Source: an uncultured delta proteobacterium (GTDB taxonomy: Bacteria > Myxococcota_A > Polyangia > Fen-1088). From it: a DNA stretch of 64,000 bases. How positions within the stretch are numbered: the stretch's first letter is position 1; each line of letters begins with the position of its first letter. This document shows, one piece after another, positions 38,954-47,818 of the stretch. The notes beneath the pieces were generated by a model. That model saw nothing but the letters and a program-made list of their open reading frames with translations, was not told where the DNA came from and ran no database searches. Location: positions 192,001-256,000 of the forward strand of contig CAWCMR010000006.1 in NCBI GenBank assembly GCA_963796685.1, read 5' to 3'. The translations under genes were made by a program, and so were the position numbers.

Positions 38954-39150
38954 GCAAGAAGGAAACGAAGATGCCCAAGGATGTTGGCGGTTCACTGCAA
39001 ACCGCCGTCAGGCTTGAGACCGATGTGATTGCCCGCTTGGACGCTCTCGTCGAAAAGATGTCACGGCCGGGGCTGCGCCTAAGTCGCACGGACATAATTC
39101 GGATGGCGCTCGCCGAGGGGTTGCCCATCCTCGAAAAGGAATGTCGGTAG
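38950..39150 (+). CDS. Ribbon-helix-helix (CopG-like) DNA-binding protein
   Basis: TAVRLETDVIARLDAL...LSRTDIIRMALAEGL; ATGA overlap with the recombinase. Confidence 0.75.
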   Translation: MSKKETKMPKDVGGSLQTAVRLETDVIARLDALVEKMSRPGLRLSRTDIIRMALAEGLPILEKECR

Positions 39151-39191
39151 CTATGCTTCGCGGGTGGGCGGAGAGCAAGCGGCTCGGAATA

Positions 39192-39290
39192 CTGAACAGA
39201 TGTTCAGGCTTCGACATGCGGAGGCCGAGTCGTGGACGCTCGACAAAATGTCGCAGAAGTACCAACATGGAACACTGAACTTGTGTTCAG
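39192..39290. promoter_or_regulatory. Two LexA-box-like palindromes
   Basis: CTGAACAGATGTTCAGG (39192-39208) and CTGAACTTGTGTTCAG (39275-39290). Confidence 0.55.
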
Positions 39291-39487
39291 TACACGCGCT
39301 CGATCCATGGTGCGAAGGATACGTGTTTGAATATTCCCAAATGATATTAGGTTTTTGAGACCTACAGATTTTGCTCGCCGTCCTGACAAATCTTGATTCG
39401 GCCGCGGAACGGACCGGCCGAGAGTAATTGCGCCCCGCATTGTGATTGTGGCTTCCGGCCCAATTTCGATATGTCAGCGGCAACGGG

Positions 39488-40069
39488 TTAGACGCCGTTT
39501 CGATGAATCCGCAGTTCAGGGAATTCCGATTCTGCCGCGGCTGCAAGGCGTTCAAAGATGTCTTCATCACGTTCCTCATGGCCTGCCAGGCACAGATAGT
39601 AGTTCTTGTGGTTGTGGCGCTTGTAAACGATCCAATCTCCGGTGAGTCGATGTTGCTTCTCTCTCTGGGTGAACGCCTCGGCAACCAGCCGCTCCGAAAT
39701 CTTGCCGGCAAGTTCCCAGTCATTGCGTGGTTTGTCGGCGTACTCGCCAAGCACCCTCTTCACGATCCGGTGCATGCGATCACTTCCTGGCGACCAATGG
39801 TTTAGAATGTTTTGTGGTATGTGCCTGGCGTTGAAGAAGTGCTTGTGCATCAGCCCAGCTAGTGGCCCCCGCTTGAATGCCTCCGCTTTCTTGGTTCGGG
39901 AGGGAAGACTCCGCTCGATTTTGCCAATTTCTTCCATCAAGGAGAACGGATTGATGAGACTGCTCCTTGTCGCCGCTTCGAGCTGCCGACCGAATACAGA
40001 CGTGTACGGGACATCTGACAGACCGGCGCGTGCGAACATTGCTTCTGCAAAGGACATCTGGTCAGCCAT
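39488..40069 (-). CDS. Hypothetical protein, possible RelE/YafO-like nuclease
   Basis: GGAG RBS; motifs LAGLMHKHF, LTGDWIVY, NYYLCLAGH; fold assignment is inference. Confidence 0.6.
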   Translation of the reverse strand: MADQMSFAEAMFARAGLSDVPYTSVFGRQLEAATRSSLINPFSLMEEIGKIERSLPSRTKKAEAFKRGPLAGLMHKHFFNARHIPQNILNHWSPGSDRMHRIVKRVLGEYADKPRNDWELAGKISERLVAEAFTQREKQHRLTGDWIVYKRHNHKNYYLCLAGHEERDEDIFERLAAAAESEFPELRIHRNGV

Positions 40070-40254
40070 TCTGCCTGCTCCGGGCGTCGTCAGTGCGCGG
40101 TCTAACAGGGTCTTGACGATCTCCTAGGCCAGCCTCGGCGGGCCTTGGACTTGGTGCTGACCCCTACGACCTGAATATGCCGGGTGACGGGTGGTTTTGG
40201 TTGGCCGCCACCATGGAGCGGGTGCCGTCGAGGAACCCAAGGGTCTTGGAGCCA

Positions 40255-40588
40255 TGACGCATAAGGCGGGGGACTTGTGGAGGACTTGCGGAGGACTTGC
40301 GGTGGCACTTAGATCGCGTCAAGTGCCGTAAATCAAGGTACCGGAGGACTTGGAGGACTTAGATCCCTCCTCTCCCATACACATCCCCCATGTGGGCGGT
40401 GCGTTAGCACGATGAGTAATAGTTACACACTGTTAACATTACTACTTCAAAAACTTGCATGGGGTAGGATTTAAGTCCTCCAAGTCCTCCGACCACTGTA
40501 TTTGTAGTGTTTGACGCGGTTCAAGTGCCACCGCAAGTCCTCCGCAAGTGCCACCGCTTTGCCCGCAAGTCCCCCGCCTTACGCGTCA
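40255..40588. repeat. Long imperfect inverted repeat with GGAGGACTT iterons around an AT-rich core; candidate replication origin
   Basis: Outer arms TGACGC(A/G)TAAGGCGGGGGACTTG (22/23); several GGAGGACTT on the left arm, AAGTCCTCC on the right. Confidence 0.75.
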
Positions 40589-40622
40589 AATATATGGGAA
40601 ACGGCACGAGCGGCGCGGCAGT

Positions 40623-40713
40623 AATTGTTACGTTGGAAATATGAAGGATTCACGGGAAGGTCCCAGCGGCCCTTGTTTCTAACGTAACAATTCATCTAGT
40701 GTTTCTAATGTAA
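40623..40713. promoter_or_regulatory. AT-rich inverted repeat plus a third partial copy
   Basis: AATTGTTACGTTGGAAA (40623-40639) / TTTCTAACGTAACAATT (40676-40692), 16/17; TTTCTAATGTAA at 40702. Confidence 0.55.
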
Positions 40714-40992
40714 ATATTACTTATCGCGCCAACGCGCCACCCACATGGGTAGGCACCCCGAAGCGCTTCGTGGGTAGGGCTCCAAGGGCATGACCACGAT
40801 TCACATCTAGGCCGAATCGGGGGCCCGGATCCGAATCTGGGTCATGACCTCCGATGTCCTTCACCGGGCTCGGCAACTGGCGCACTCGAAAGCATCCCGA
40901 AGTTCGCGTCACCATTGGGCAATGCAAATCACGTGCCAAATATGTTGACACAGTGACGGCAAGTTTGAGACAATGAATACAGGTAATCCCCT

Positions 40993-41253
40993 ATGGAAAC
41001 AAGTCAAATCGCACAAGCCCCGACCCCTTTGCCCGAAATGCTCACCACCGCCGAGGTGGCGGCAGTGCTGCGCTGTACTCCTCGGACCGTCTACCGCCTG
41101 ATTCGCGCTGGCGCATTGCCCGACACTGGACTAGCCAAGAAACACCTCTGGTCACGTAGTCTGATCGAGGAATTCTTGACAACACGCGTTCCGGGCCGCG
41201 TCGGGCAATGGCGCCGCTCTCAGACACCCGTTGAAAGTACCCCTACCCAATAA
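40993..41253 (+). CDS. Xis/AlpA-like HTH DNA-binding protein
   Basis: MLTTAEVAAVLRCTPRTVYRLIRAGALP; AGG RBS; TTGACA about 45 bp upstream. Confidence 0.85.
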   Translation: METSQIAQAPTPLPEMLTTAEVAAVLRCTPRTVYRLIRAGALPDTGLAKKHLWSRSLIEEFLTTRVPGRVGQWRRSQTPVESTPTQ

Positions 41254-41315
41254 ATGAAAACCCCGCTCGGGTGGGCACTCCCGGCGGGGTCGCAGTCACG
41301 AAAGAACTGGTTTCA

Positions 41316-43538
41316 ATGACTTCAATTATCATATCACAGAATCCCGCCGCTCCTACCGCTCTCATTTCCGTTTCGCCTCCGCCGGTCGATCCCACCGAGT
41401 TTATCAAAGAGCATTTCGCGGGAAAGCCCAAAGTCTTGGAGATCGATCTCGTGATCGTCTCCCCCGACGGGACCACGCGACGCTTGCCGATTTCTCTCGA
41501 TGGCGAAACGGACTATATCCGATCCGTCATCCGGGAATGTTCGGAGATGGGTGACATCGTCTCGTTCTCGGGCGTTGCTCACGCTCCCCTAAAAGACAGA
41601 CGTGTGCACGAATGGATCCCTGCGCTCGGCGTGCGGCTATCCGTCCCACTGGCCGCAGTCGAGAACGTGTTGTCCAACCTCCCCCCACCAACCACGATCA
41701 TCGATGGGGGTGGTACGTGCGTCCCTATCTGGGCGCTCGCCGAACCCATCGAGGTCACGGACGCGGCCGGTGTGGAGCGGGTGCGCGCCATTATGCGGGC
41801 CATAGGGGATCGCGTGCATGGACTCTTGGGCGATCACGGGCAGGACACGCGCGATCCATCGGCGCCGTGGCCACTACCCGGAACCCCGATCGTTGGAGGC
41901 GTCGGCAACGTGCGCACCGTTGGGACACCGGGGCCCGTTTACGATCTGGCGGACCTTGTCGCCTCGCCCGCGCCCGCCGCTTCGCCCGCGCCCGCCGAGT
42001 CGCCCGAGATTCCAGCCGCCTTCCTGCTCCCCGACGGCCGCATCTTGATCGAGCCTAGCCCGATCGCGCATGAGCAAATGGCCCAAGTCTTGGGCATCCT
42101 CCGTCTTCGAGCGGAGGTGCGCAATCTCTTCCAGCGCGGAGGGCGGCTTGTTCAACTGGCCGAGAGTTCTCCCGGCGCGCTGGTCATCAAGCCAATTCAC
42201 CGGGCGTGCATCGACGAAGTTGTTGTTTCACCGGACATGCAATTCGGCTTCCGTGGAACGAAGGACGGTGAACCCCCGAAGCTAATTAAGACCCCGCGTG
42301 ACGTCCTCGATAACCTCGCTTGGCGCCCAGATTTTCCAGGCATTCGCGCTCTCGAAACGGTGACCAGCATCCCACCCGTCGGGCCGGATCTTCGGATCCA
42401 CACAACACCCGGCTACATTTTCGGTTTGCAGATCTTCTACGCGCCTACGGTGAAGATCCCGCCAATCCCAGAGCGACCGACGGCGGGGGACATTGAGGCC
42501 GCGCGGCCTCTACTCGACGATCTGCAGGTTGATCGCCCATTCGCGAGCAAAGGCGACAAGGCCGCCGCCTTGGCCCTCCTGTTTACCTTGGTGCTGCGTT
42601 CCGCGATCGACGGACCAACGCCGCTCTTCAGTGTTTGGGCGAATGCGCCGCGCCAAGGAAAGACCCTTTGGGTTCGGGACTGTTCTTTGATCGCCCACGG
42701 GATTGAGCCCGAACCCCAAAGCTATTCGGGTGACGACGAATCCATTGGCAAGCGGCTTTTCGTTGCCGCACGCGAGGCGCGCCCGATACTCTTTTGGGAC
42801 AACTTACGTTCCGGGATGAAAATCGGCGGTCCGGCGCTCGACTGCGTCCTGACCACTCGCCGCCTAAATGATCGGGTCCTGGGCGAATCAAAATCCGAAA
42901 GCTACCAGTGGGACACGGTGGTGGTAGTTTCGTCGAATAATCCGTGCTACCGCGGCGACACCGCACCACGAACACAGCCCATCGGGTTTCAATCCGATCT
43001 TGAGCATCCCGAACTGCGATCGGGCTGGAAACATCCGGACCTTGCCGGATGGGTGCGCGCAAACCGTGGAAACCTTCTCTGGGCAATTTTCACGATCGCC
43101 CGTGGCTACGCCGCCGCGGGGATGCCCGATCAACACCTCACCGCGTGGGGATCGTATGAGGCATACACCAAGATCGTCCGCGGGGCGCTTGTCTGGGCGG
43201 GGTATTCGGATCCGGCCTCGGTGAGGGTCACGGATCGCGACGTCGAAGTCGATTTCGTTGCAACCCTACTCGAAGGGTTGCGGGTTGCGGACAAAGACGG
43301 CGCGGGACTTTCCACGCGTCAGATAATCGAAAAGGCGCAGTTCGGCCGGAATGAAGTCTTGTCGGCCGCCCTAAGCGCAATTTCGCCGCCGAACCTAATG
43401 ATCTCGCCCGATTCGCTCGGCCGGCACCTAGCCCAGCATCAAGGGCGGAACGTCGGGGGCTGGCGAATTTCTTGCCGGAAGAAGCATGGCGGGGTTTGCG
43501 TCTGGTTCGCCGAGCGCATCTTGTCGAGGGCCGCGTGA
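41316..43538 (+). CDS. Primase-like / P-loop ATPase replication protein
   Basis: Degenerate RepB-primase-like segment (PPTTIIDGGG..W, D...PLPGT); C-terminal PTPLF..APRQGKT, LFWDN, RVLGES, SSNN. Confidence 0.7.
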   Translation: MTSIIISQNPAAPTALISVSPPPVDPTEFIKEHFAGKPKVLEIDLVIVSPDGTTRRLPISLDGETDYIRSVIRECSEMGDIVSFSGVAHAPLKDRRVHEWIPALGVRLSVPLAAVENVLSNLPPPTTIIDGGGTCVPIWALAEPIEVTDAAGVERVRAIMRAIGDRVHGLLGDHGQDTRDPSAPWPLPGTPIVGGVGNVRTVGTPGPVYDLADLVASPAPAASPAPAESPEIPAAFLLPDGRILIEPSPIAHEQMAQVLGILRLRAEVRNLFQRGGRLVQLAESSPGALVIKPIHRACIDEVVVSPDMQFGFRGTKDGEPPKLIKTPRDVLDNLAWRPDFPGIRALETVTSIPPVGPDLRIHTTPGYIFGLQIFYAPTVKIPPIPERPTAGDIEAARPLLDDLQVDRPFASKGDKAAALALLFTLVLRSAIDGPTPLFSVWANAPRQGKTLWVRDCSLIAHGIEPEPQSYSGDDESIGKRLFVAAREARPILFWDNLRSGMKIGGPALDCVLTTRRLNDRVLGESKSESYQWDTVVVVSSNNPCYRGDTAPRTQPIGFQSDLEHPELRSGWKHPDLAGWVRANRGNLLWAIFTIARGYAAAGMPDQHLTAWGSYEAYTKIVRGALVWAGYSDPASVRVTDRDVEVDFVATLLEGLRVADKDGAGLSTRQIIEKAQFGRNEVLSAALSAISPPNLMISPDSLGRHLAQHQGRNVGGWRISCRKKHGGVCVWFAERILSRAA

Positions 43539-43542
43539 GCCA

Positions 43543-44040
43543 ATGGAAACCTATGCGGGTGTTGAAATTCCGACCGATTTGCCGGCTCGGCTTGCGGATC
43601 TTATGAAGGCGAACCCAGAACTTTCCGCCTACGGATGGGGTTGGGAAGCGCCTTCGGAAGCCGCCCATGAGCGCGATCGTGAGAATCTACGGAAGGCCGT
43701 TTCGGTCGTGGCCGCCGTCATGGGACTGTTGGGGGAGTGCCCGCGGACGCGCGAGCCGGCCGCGAACTCCTACGCAATCAAACATTTTGCCGAGCGCATT
43801 TTTGCACTTCGCGAGGGCCGTTATTGCGGCCACGTGAGCAACGGCGCCACAATTGCCGCCGCCTTGCTTATGGGAATCGCCGTCAAAGAAACCGCGTCGC
43901 CCAATCTTCTCATGGGAATTTCGCGGAGTTGGCTCGCGCTTCTTGAAAAAGCCGCGATGCCAGCCAAACTCGAAGACGAGCGGCAAAAGTGGATACGCGC
44001 TCGCATGCGGACGGCACGGCAGTCGGGCGCATCCGCGTAG
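43543..44040 (+). CDS. Hypothetical phage-type protein
   Basis: NSYAIKHFAE...VSNGATIAAA; follows the primase gene by 4 bp. Confidence 0.6.
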   Translation: METYAGVEIPTDLPARLADLMKANPELSAYGWGWEAPSEAAHERDRENLRKAVSVVAAVMGLLGECPRTREPAANSYAIKHFAERIFALREGRYCGHVSNGATIAAALLMGIAVKETASPNLLMGISRSWLALLEKAAMPAKLEDERQKWIRARMRTARQSGASA

Positions 44041-44121
44041 ACGAGTCCGCACTGTAATCCGCACCCACTCCCGGCGTCAGCATCCCAGCGGTGACCTTGG
44101 GCCGCCCGCAGTGCGCAGCCG

Positions 44122-44158
44122 AATTGATATCAATTACGACCGACGTATTGATATCAAT
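44122..44158. promoter_or_regulatory. Twin perfect palindromes (operator-like)
   Basis: AATTGATATCAATT (44122-44135) and ATTGATATCAAT (44147-44158). Confidence 0.65.
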
Positions 44159-44263
44159 TGAGGCAAAGGCACAATCAATTCCATCTAACCGAGAGATTCC
44201 TTAATCAACGATGCGCTTCTTGATTGCAACAACTGGGCCAGTTAAGGTATTCTAGATCGGGTA

Positions 44264-44440
44264 ATGGACAGCTCAAGGCGCTTTCATTCAATTAGAGAGG
44301 TCGCAAAGATCTTCGGAGTGTCGGAGCTTACTGCCCGCCGATGGTGCCGAAACGGGCAATTGCAGTCAATCAAAGTAGGCGGCACTATTCGGATCCCAAT
44401 TGAGGCTATTGAGCGCCTCACAAGCGCGGGCGGTCAATAA
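44264..44440 (+). CDS. Excisionase-like HTH protein (58 aa, absent from the ORF track)
   Basis: Manual translation MDSSRRFHSIREVAKIFGVSELTARRWCRNGQLQSIKVGGTIRIPIEAIERLTSAGGQ*. Confidence 0.85.
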   Translation: MDSSRRFHSIREVAKIFGVSELTARRWCRNGQLQSIKVGGTIRIPIEAIERLTSAGGQ

Positions 44441-44592
44441 TGAATTCCGCCGTCACACCTGAACAAGTCACGCGCGCCATTGCGTGGCTTGTTGAACACC
44501 ACGGATTCCTTTTCGGAACACCGAGAAATCTCCGCGAGATCGAATCATTCGCCCTATGGGCAACACAAAATCAAGACCGAAAGGCCGCCTAA
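44440..44592 (+). CDS. Small hypothetical protein (50 aa, absent from the ORF track)
   Basis: TAATG overlap with the upstream HTH gene; MNSAVTPEQVTRAIAWLVEHHG...RKAA*; next ATG follows after a 1-bp gap. Confidence 0.55.
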   Translation: MNSAVTPEQVTRAIAWLVEHHGFLFGTPRNLREIESFALWATQNQDRKAA

Positions 44593-44593
44593 A

Positions 44594-44977
44594 ATGAGTA
44601 TCCCCCGCTGCAACGTTCCCGAGATCCTTGGCTGCATCAAAATCGCCGCGGCCTTCTGGCCCGATAAGGATGCCGAATTCTTTCGTCTTTGGGCGGCGCC
44701 CTTAATTGAATCCTGTCACGGCGGAATTACAGATGCAGAGCTTGCGGGCGCGATTGATGCTGCTCGTTCTACACCCGTGATTATGTATGCCGTGCCCGAA
44801 ATTTCGGACGTCGAATTGGCCCGGCGCGAAGATGCGGAACGCTCGGCTGCACGGGCAAGGCGCCAAGACGAAGCCGAACGCGCCGTAGCCCGCGAATACG
44901 GCCCACGCCCATCTTCGGGCGGCTATGTGAACCTCGACGAAGCTGAACGTAAGAATCGCGCTTCGGCGCAGAGATAG
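44594..44977 (+). CDS. Hypothetical protein
   Basis: ORF tightly packed in the element's rightward operon. Confidence 0.55.
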   Translation: MSIPRCNVPEILGCIKIAAAFWPDKDAEFFRLWAAPLIESCHGGITDAELAGAIDAARSTPVIMYAVPEISDVELARREDAERSAARARRQDEAERAVAREYGPRPSSGGYVNLDEAERKNRASAQR

Positions 44978-45001
44978 TCCCCACCCAAAGAAAGAAGAAC
45001 C

Positions 45002-45271
45002 ATGCCATCCGGATTTGAAATTCTGAATTATAGCGATCTGAATAGTATGACCCTGGCCGAGGCACTATCGGCCATGGAAGATGGGCGTGTCACGCCCGAA
45101 GCGCTGGCGAAAATCCAGAAAGCTTGCTCTCTCTGTGTCCAGAAGCAAGTCGCCAAGGCTTCCACTGTCGACGCGTGGCCGGCGGACCTGGCGCCGTCTC
45201 CCAGGGACTGCAGCAATCCGAAGAACGTCAGCGTCTTGATACGACAAGGCGCCGCCCACGGTCACCGCTAG
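45002..45271 (+). CDS. Hypothetical protein
   Basis: ORF in the same operon with purine-rich RBS. Confidence 0.5.
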   Translation: MPSGFEILNYSDLNSMTLAEALSAMEDGRVTPEALAKIQKACSLCVQKQVAKASTVDAWPADLAPSPRDCSNPKNVSVLIRQGAAHGHR

Positions 45272-45287
45272 GCGAATCGAGGATCCC

Positions 45288-45857
45288 ATGAAAGAGCAGA
45301 GCCGCCTAGCGACCGAGTTGATCCAGAACGCCCTACTTCGTGGGGCGAGTAAGGCCCAAGCCGTGCTTGCGGTCAAGTCGGTCTTGGGTGCTCTCGACAA
45401 GCCCGCATACAGCGCAAATGAGGAGCAGCTATTGCTTGATCGGGTGAGAGACGCTTGTGTTCTGGCGAAGCTGGACGCCCTCGCTTCCCAGCTGCATCGG
45501 GAAAACGACGCCCCTCGGCTTGGGGGACAGGCTGCAAGTGTGAACCCTCCGGCGTCACTGATTAGGGGCAAGACCGGCGGCGCGGTAGCCGCCTTGAACG
45601 CACGACCGGCGGCGGATCCCGGACGAGGAAACACCCCGATCGCCCAGAGTCCCGTAGTGCCGGGAGTATTTGCGGCCGACACCGTCAGGGCGCTTGAGTT
45701 GCTCACGAAGGAAGCCCAGAGGAAGAAGACACCCGCGGTCAAACCGCCCAAGACCTCCGACCTCGCATCGAGTATTCAACTCGGCGGTCATGATGTGGCG
45801 AAGTCGGGCCGTCGACTAGAAATCGTACTGACCTCGGCCGGTGCGCGACGGGTCTAG
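45288..45857 (+). CDS. Hypothetical protein
   Basis: GAGG RBS; ORF in the same operon. Confidence 0.5.
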   Translation: MKEQSRLATELIQNALLRGASKAQAVLAVKSVLGALDKPAYSANEEQLLLDRVRDACVLAKLDALASQLHRENDAPRLGGQAASVNPPASLIRGKTGGAVAALNARPAADPGRGNTPIAQSPVVPGVFAADTVRALELLTKEAQRKKTPAVKPPKTSDLASSIQLGGHDVAKSGRRLEIVLTSAGARRV

Positions 45858-45863
45858 CTCGCT

Positions 45864-46562
45864 ATGGACGCCTTCACCGAGTCAACAACACCACCAAGAT
45901 CCAGGTCATCATTTGACCTTGATCTTGGTGGTGTTGTTGACCCGTTGAAGGGGAACGCGTCCGCGCTGGTTACCACCGTGGGCGGCGACGATGCCCCAAA
46001 AGGTTCGGACATTGGCCGGCGGCTCGAACAACCCCCGCATCGTTCGAGCACGCCGGCCTGTGCCGATTATCTTGCCGTCCCGGTCCGGTATCTCACCACC
46101 GCCGAAGCGGCCGTCTATCTGCGCTATCGATCGGGTTCGGCTATCCGGAACTTGGTTGTCTCTGGGCGGCTGGTCCCCGCCGGGCGCCGTGGTCGCACAT
46201 ATCTATTCCGCACCGAGGACTTGGACGCTATGCTCGTGGGCAATGGCGCTCCTATGGCTCGGATGGGAGCAAGAAATGAAGACGAAGTATCCGGGTATCC
46301 ACATCATGGACGATGGCCGCAAACGTATCCGCCTACGTGTCATCGACCCAAGAACGGGGCGGAACAAGGAGGTAGACAAAATCATTACGGGGACGGTCCA
46401 GGAAGCCACCAAACTCCGGGAGGAGTGGCGGCTACAGATCCGCAACGCCGACCAAACGGCGAAGGACGTTCCACGGTTGGGCGCCTACGCCGAATCGTGG
46501 ATCGCGTCCAAAGCGCTGCGGCTCAAACCGTCGACGGCAACATGGTACGCCCAGCGGCTTGA
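45864..46562 (+). CDS. Excisionase-like HTH protein overlapping the integrase start
   Basis: YLTTAEAAVYLRY..SAIRNLV..GRL......YLFRTEDLD; boundaries uncertain, tail overlaps int in another frame. Confidence 0.65.
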   Translation: MDAFTESTTPPRSRSSFDLDLGGVVDPLKGNASALVTTVGGDDAPKGSDIGRRLEQPPHRSSTPACADYLAVPVRYLTTAEAAVYLRYRSGSAIRNLVVSGRLVPAGRRGRTYLFRTEDLDAMLVGNGAPMARMGARNEDEVSGYPHHGRWPQTYPPTCHRPKNGAEQGGRQNHYGDGPGSHQTPGGVAATDPQRRPNGEGRSTVGRLRRIVDRVQSAAAQTVDGNMVRPAA

Positions 46563-47475
46563 CGATCACGTCTTGCCCCCTTTGGGTGACTTCTTCCTAG
46601 ACAAGGTCACCCACGAAGATCTGCGGGTCCTGCAGGCCACGCTGGCGAAGAAGATGGCCGCATCTTCTGTGAATGGGGTGATGGCAGTGGTCAAGATGTT
46701 GATCGGGGATGCGTCAGTAGAATTCGATCTGCCGCGCAATCCTGCCCAGCGTCTGCAGTCGCTACCGATCCGAACGTGGAACGACGAGAATCCCAATATC
46801 CTAAGCGCGCAAGAGCTTGGTTGCGTTCTAGACGCGATCAAGCAACTCACTCCGCAGCACTACCCATTGGTAGCCACCTTGGCTTTCACCGGGTTGCGGT
46901 TCGGTGAGGCTAGCGCGCTCCGATGGGACGACATAGACGAAGCTGCCGGCCTTATCCGAATCCGGCGAGCGCAGTGGAGGGGTAGGGTATCGACCACGAA
47001 GACCGGGAAGACAAGATCGGTGCCGTTGGTGGCAGAGCTGGCCGTCGTGCTGCGTGAGCATCGCGAGCGGCTGGTTGCACGTGAGGCGCCCGGACTAGAG
47101 GAGGGGTGGGTATTCCCGTCGTCGGTTGGAAAGCTGCATCCGAAGGAAGTCCTTCGTGTGCCGCTCCGAAGGGCGTTAAAGCAGGCCGGTATCAATCGGC
47201 ACTTTGCAATGCACGGGTTCCGTAGGACGTTCAACAACCTGTCACGGCAAGTAGCCGGAGAGATTGTCACCCGGAGTATCACCGGCCACGTCACGCAGTC
47301 CATGACCGAACACTACAGCCACGTCGGCGGAGCCGAGAAACTCGCGGCGGCCGGGCAGATCGTGCGCCTAGTGTTCACCCAGCCGCCCAAGACCGAGACC
47401 GTCGATGAAAGTGGGGATCTAGGTGGGGATCGCGGACCAGATAGAGAAAAGGCCACCGTGGCTGCGGTGGCCTAA
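46276..47475 (+). CDS. Tyrosine integrase
   Basis: TGLRFGEASALRWDDI, TKTG, HGFRR, GH, HY; GGGAG RBS; abuts the tRNA att site. Confidence 0.95.
   Translation: MKTKYPGIHIMDDGRKRIRLRVIDPRTGRNKEVDKIITGTVQEATKLREEWRLQIRNADQTAKDVPRLGAYAESWIASKALRLKPSTATWYAQRLDDHVLPPLGDFFLDKVTHEDLRVLQATLAKKMAASSVNGVMAVVKMLIGDASVEFDLPRNPAQRLQSLPIRTWNDENPNILSAQELGCVLDAIKQLTPQHYPLVATLAFTGLRFGEASALRWDDIDEAAGLIRIRRAQWRGRVSTTKTGKTRSVPLVAELAVVLREHRERLVAREAPGLEEGWVFPSSVGKLHPKEVLRVPLRRALKQAGINRHFAMHGFRRTFNNLSRQVAGEIVTRSITGHVTQSMTEHYSHVGGAEKLAAAGQIVRLVFTQPPKTETVDESGDLGGDRGPDREKATVAAVA
47409..47431 (+). other. Candidate integrase arm-type binding sites, right
   Basis: AAGTGGGGATCTAGGTGGGGATC, matches 31390-31412. Confidence 0.65.
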
Positions 47476-47504
47476 ACCTGCGTTTCTATTAGTATTTTCT
47501 GCGG

Positions 47505-47577
47505 TGGAGCTGAACAGGATCGAACTGTCGGCCTCCTGAATGCCATTCAGGCGCTCTCCCAGCTGAGCTACAGCCCC
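47505..47577 (-). tRNA. tRNA-Ala (GGC)
   Basis: GGGGCTGTAGCTCAGCTGGGAGAGCGCCTGAATGGCATTCAGGAGGCCGACAGTTCGATCCTGTTCAGCTCCA; G3:U70, anticodon GGC; followed by CCG, not CCA. Confidence 0.97.
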
Positions 47578-47818
47578 ATCGCCCCTTGCGAGGCAGGGAG
47601 TAACTACCAGTCGCCCGGCCGGACGTCAACCACTAGTCACACAGAGTCGCGCGGGCGAGGCAGGCTCCGTTTCCATCTCGCGAGCCGGGGAGAGCCCTGC
47701 GTTGCTTCCTGCCACGGGCGGCGCGTCGTGGCTTGACAGAGTGGGGCAGGGTGGCAGATTGTCACCTCCCTTTTCCGGGCGAGGTTGCGTCCGGAAGGTC
47801 GAAACATCAGGAGATCCC

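Larger units (their letters stand above)
31252..47546. mobile_element. About 16.3-kb integrative element (phage-satellite/IME-like) in tRNA-Ala(GGC)
   Basis: 44-bp terminal direct repeats, integrase next to the tRNA, Xis-like HTHs, primase/ATPase, iteron array; no recognisable capsid, terminase or conjugation genes. Confidence 0.9.

Noticed and set aside
38110-40756. GTGCCTACCCA inverted pair as ends of an invertible segment for the serine recombinase
   Set aside because: Only an 11-bp match; too short to claim without read evidence of inversion.
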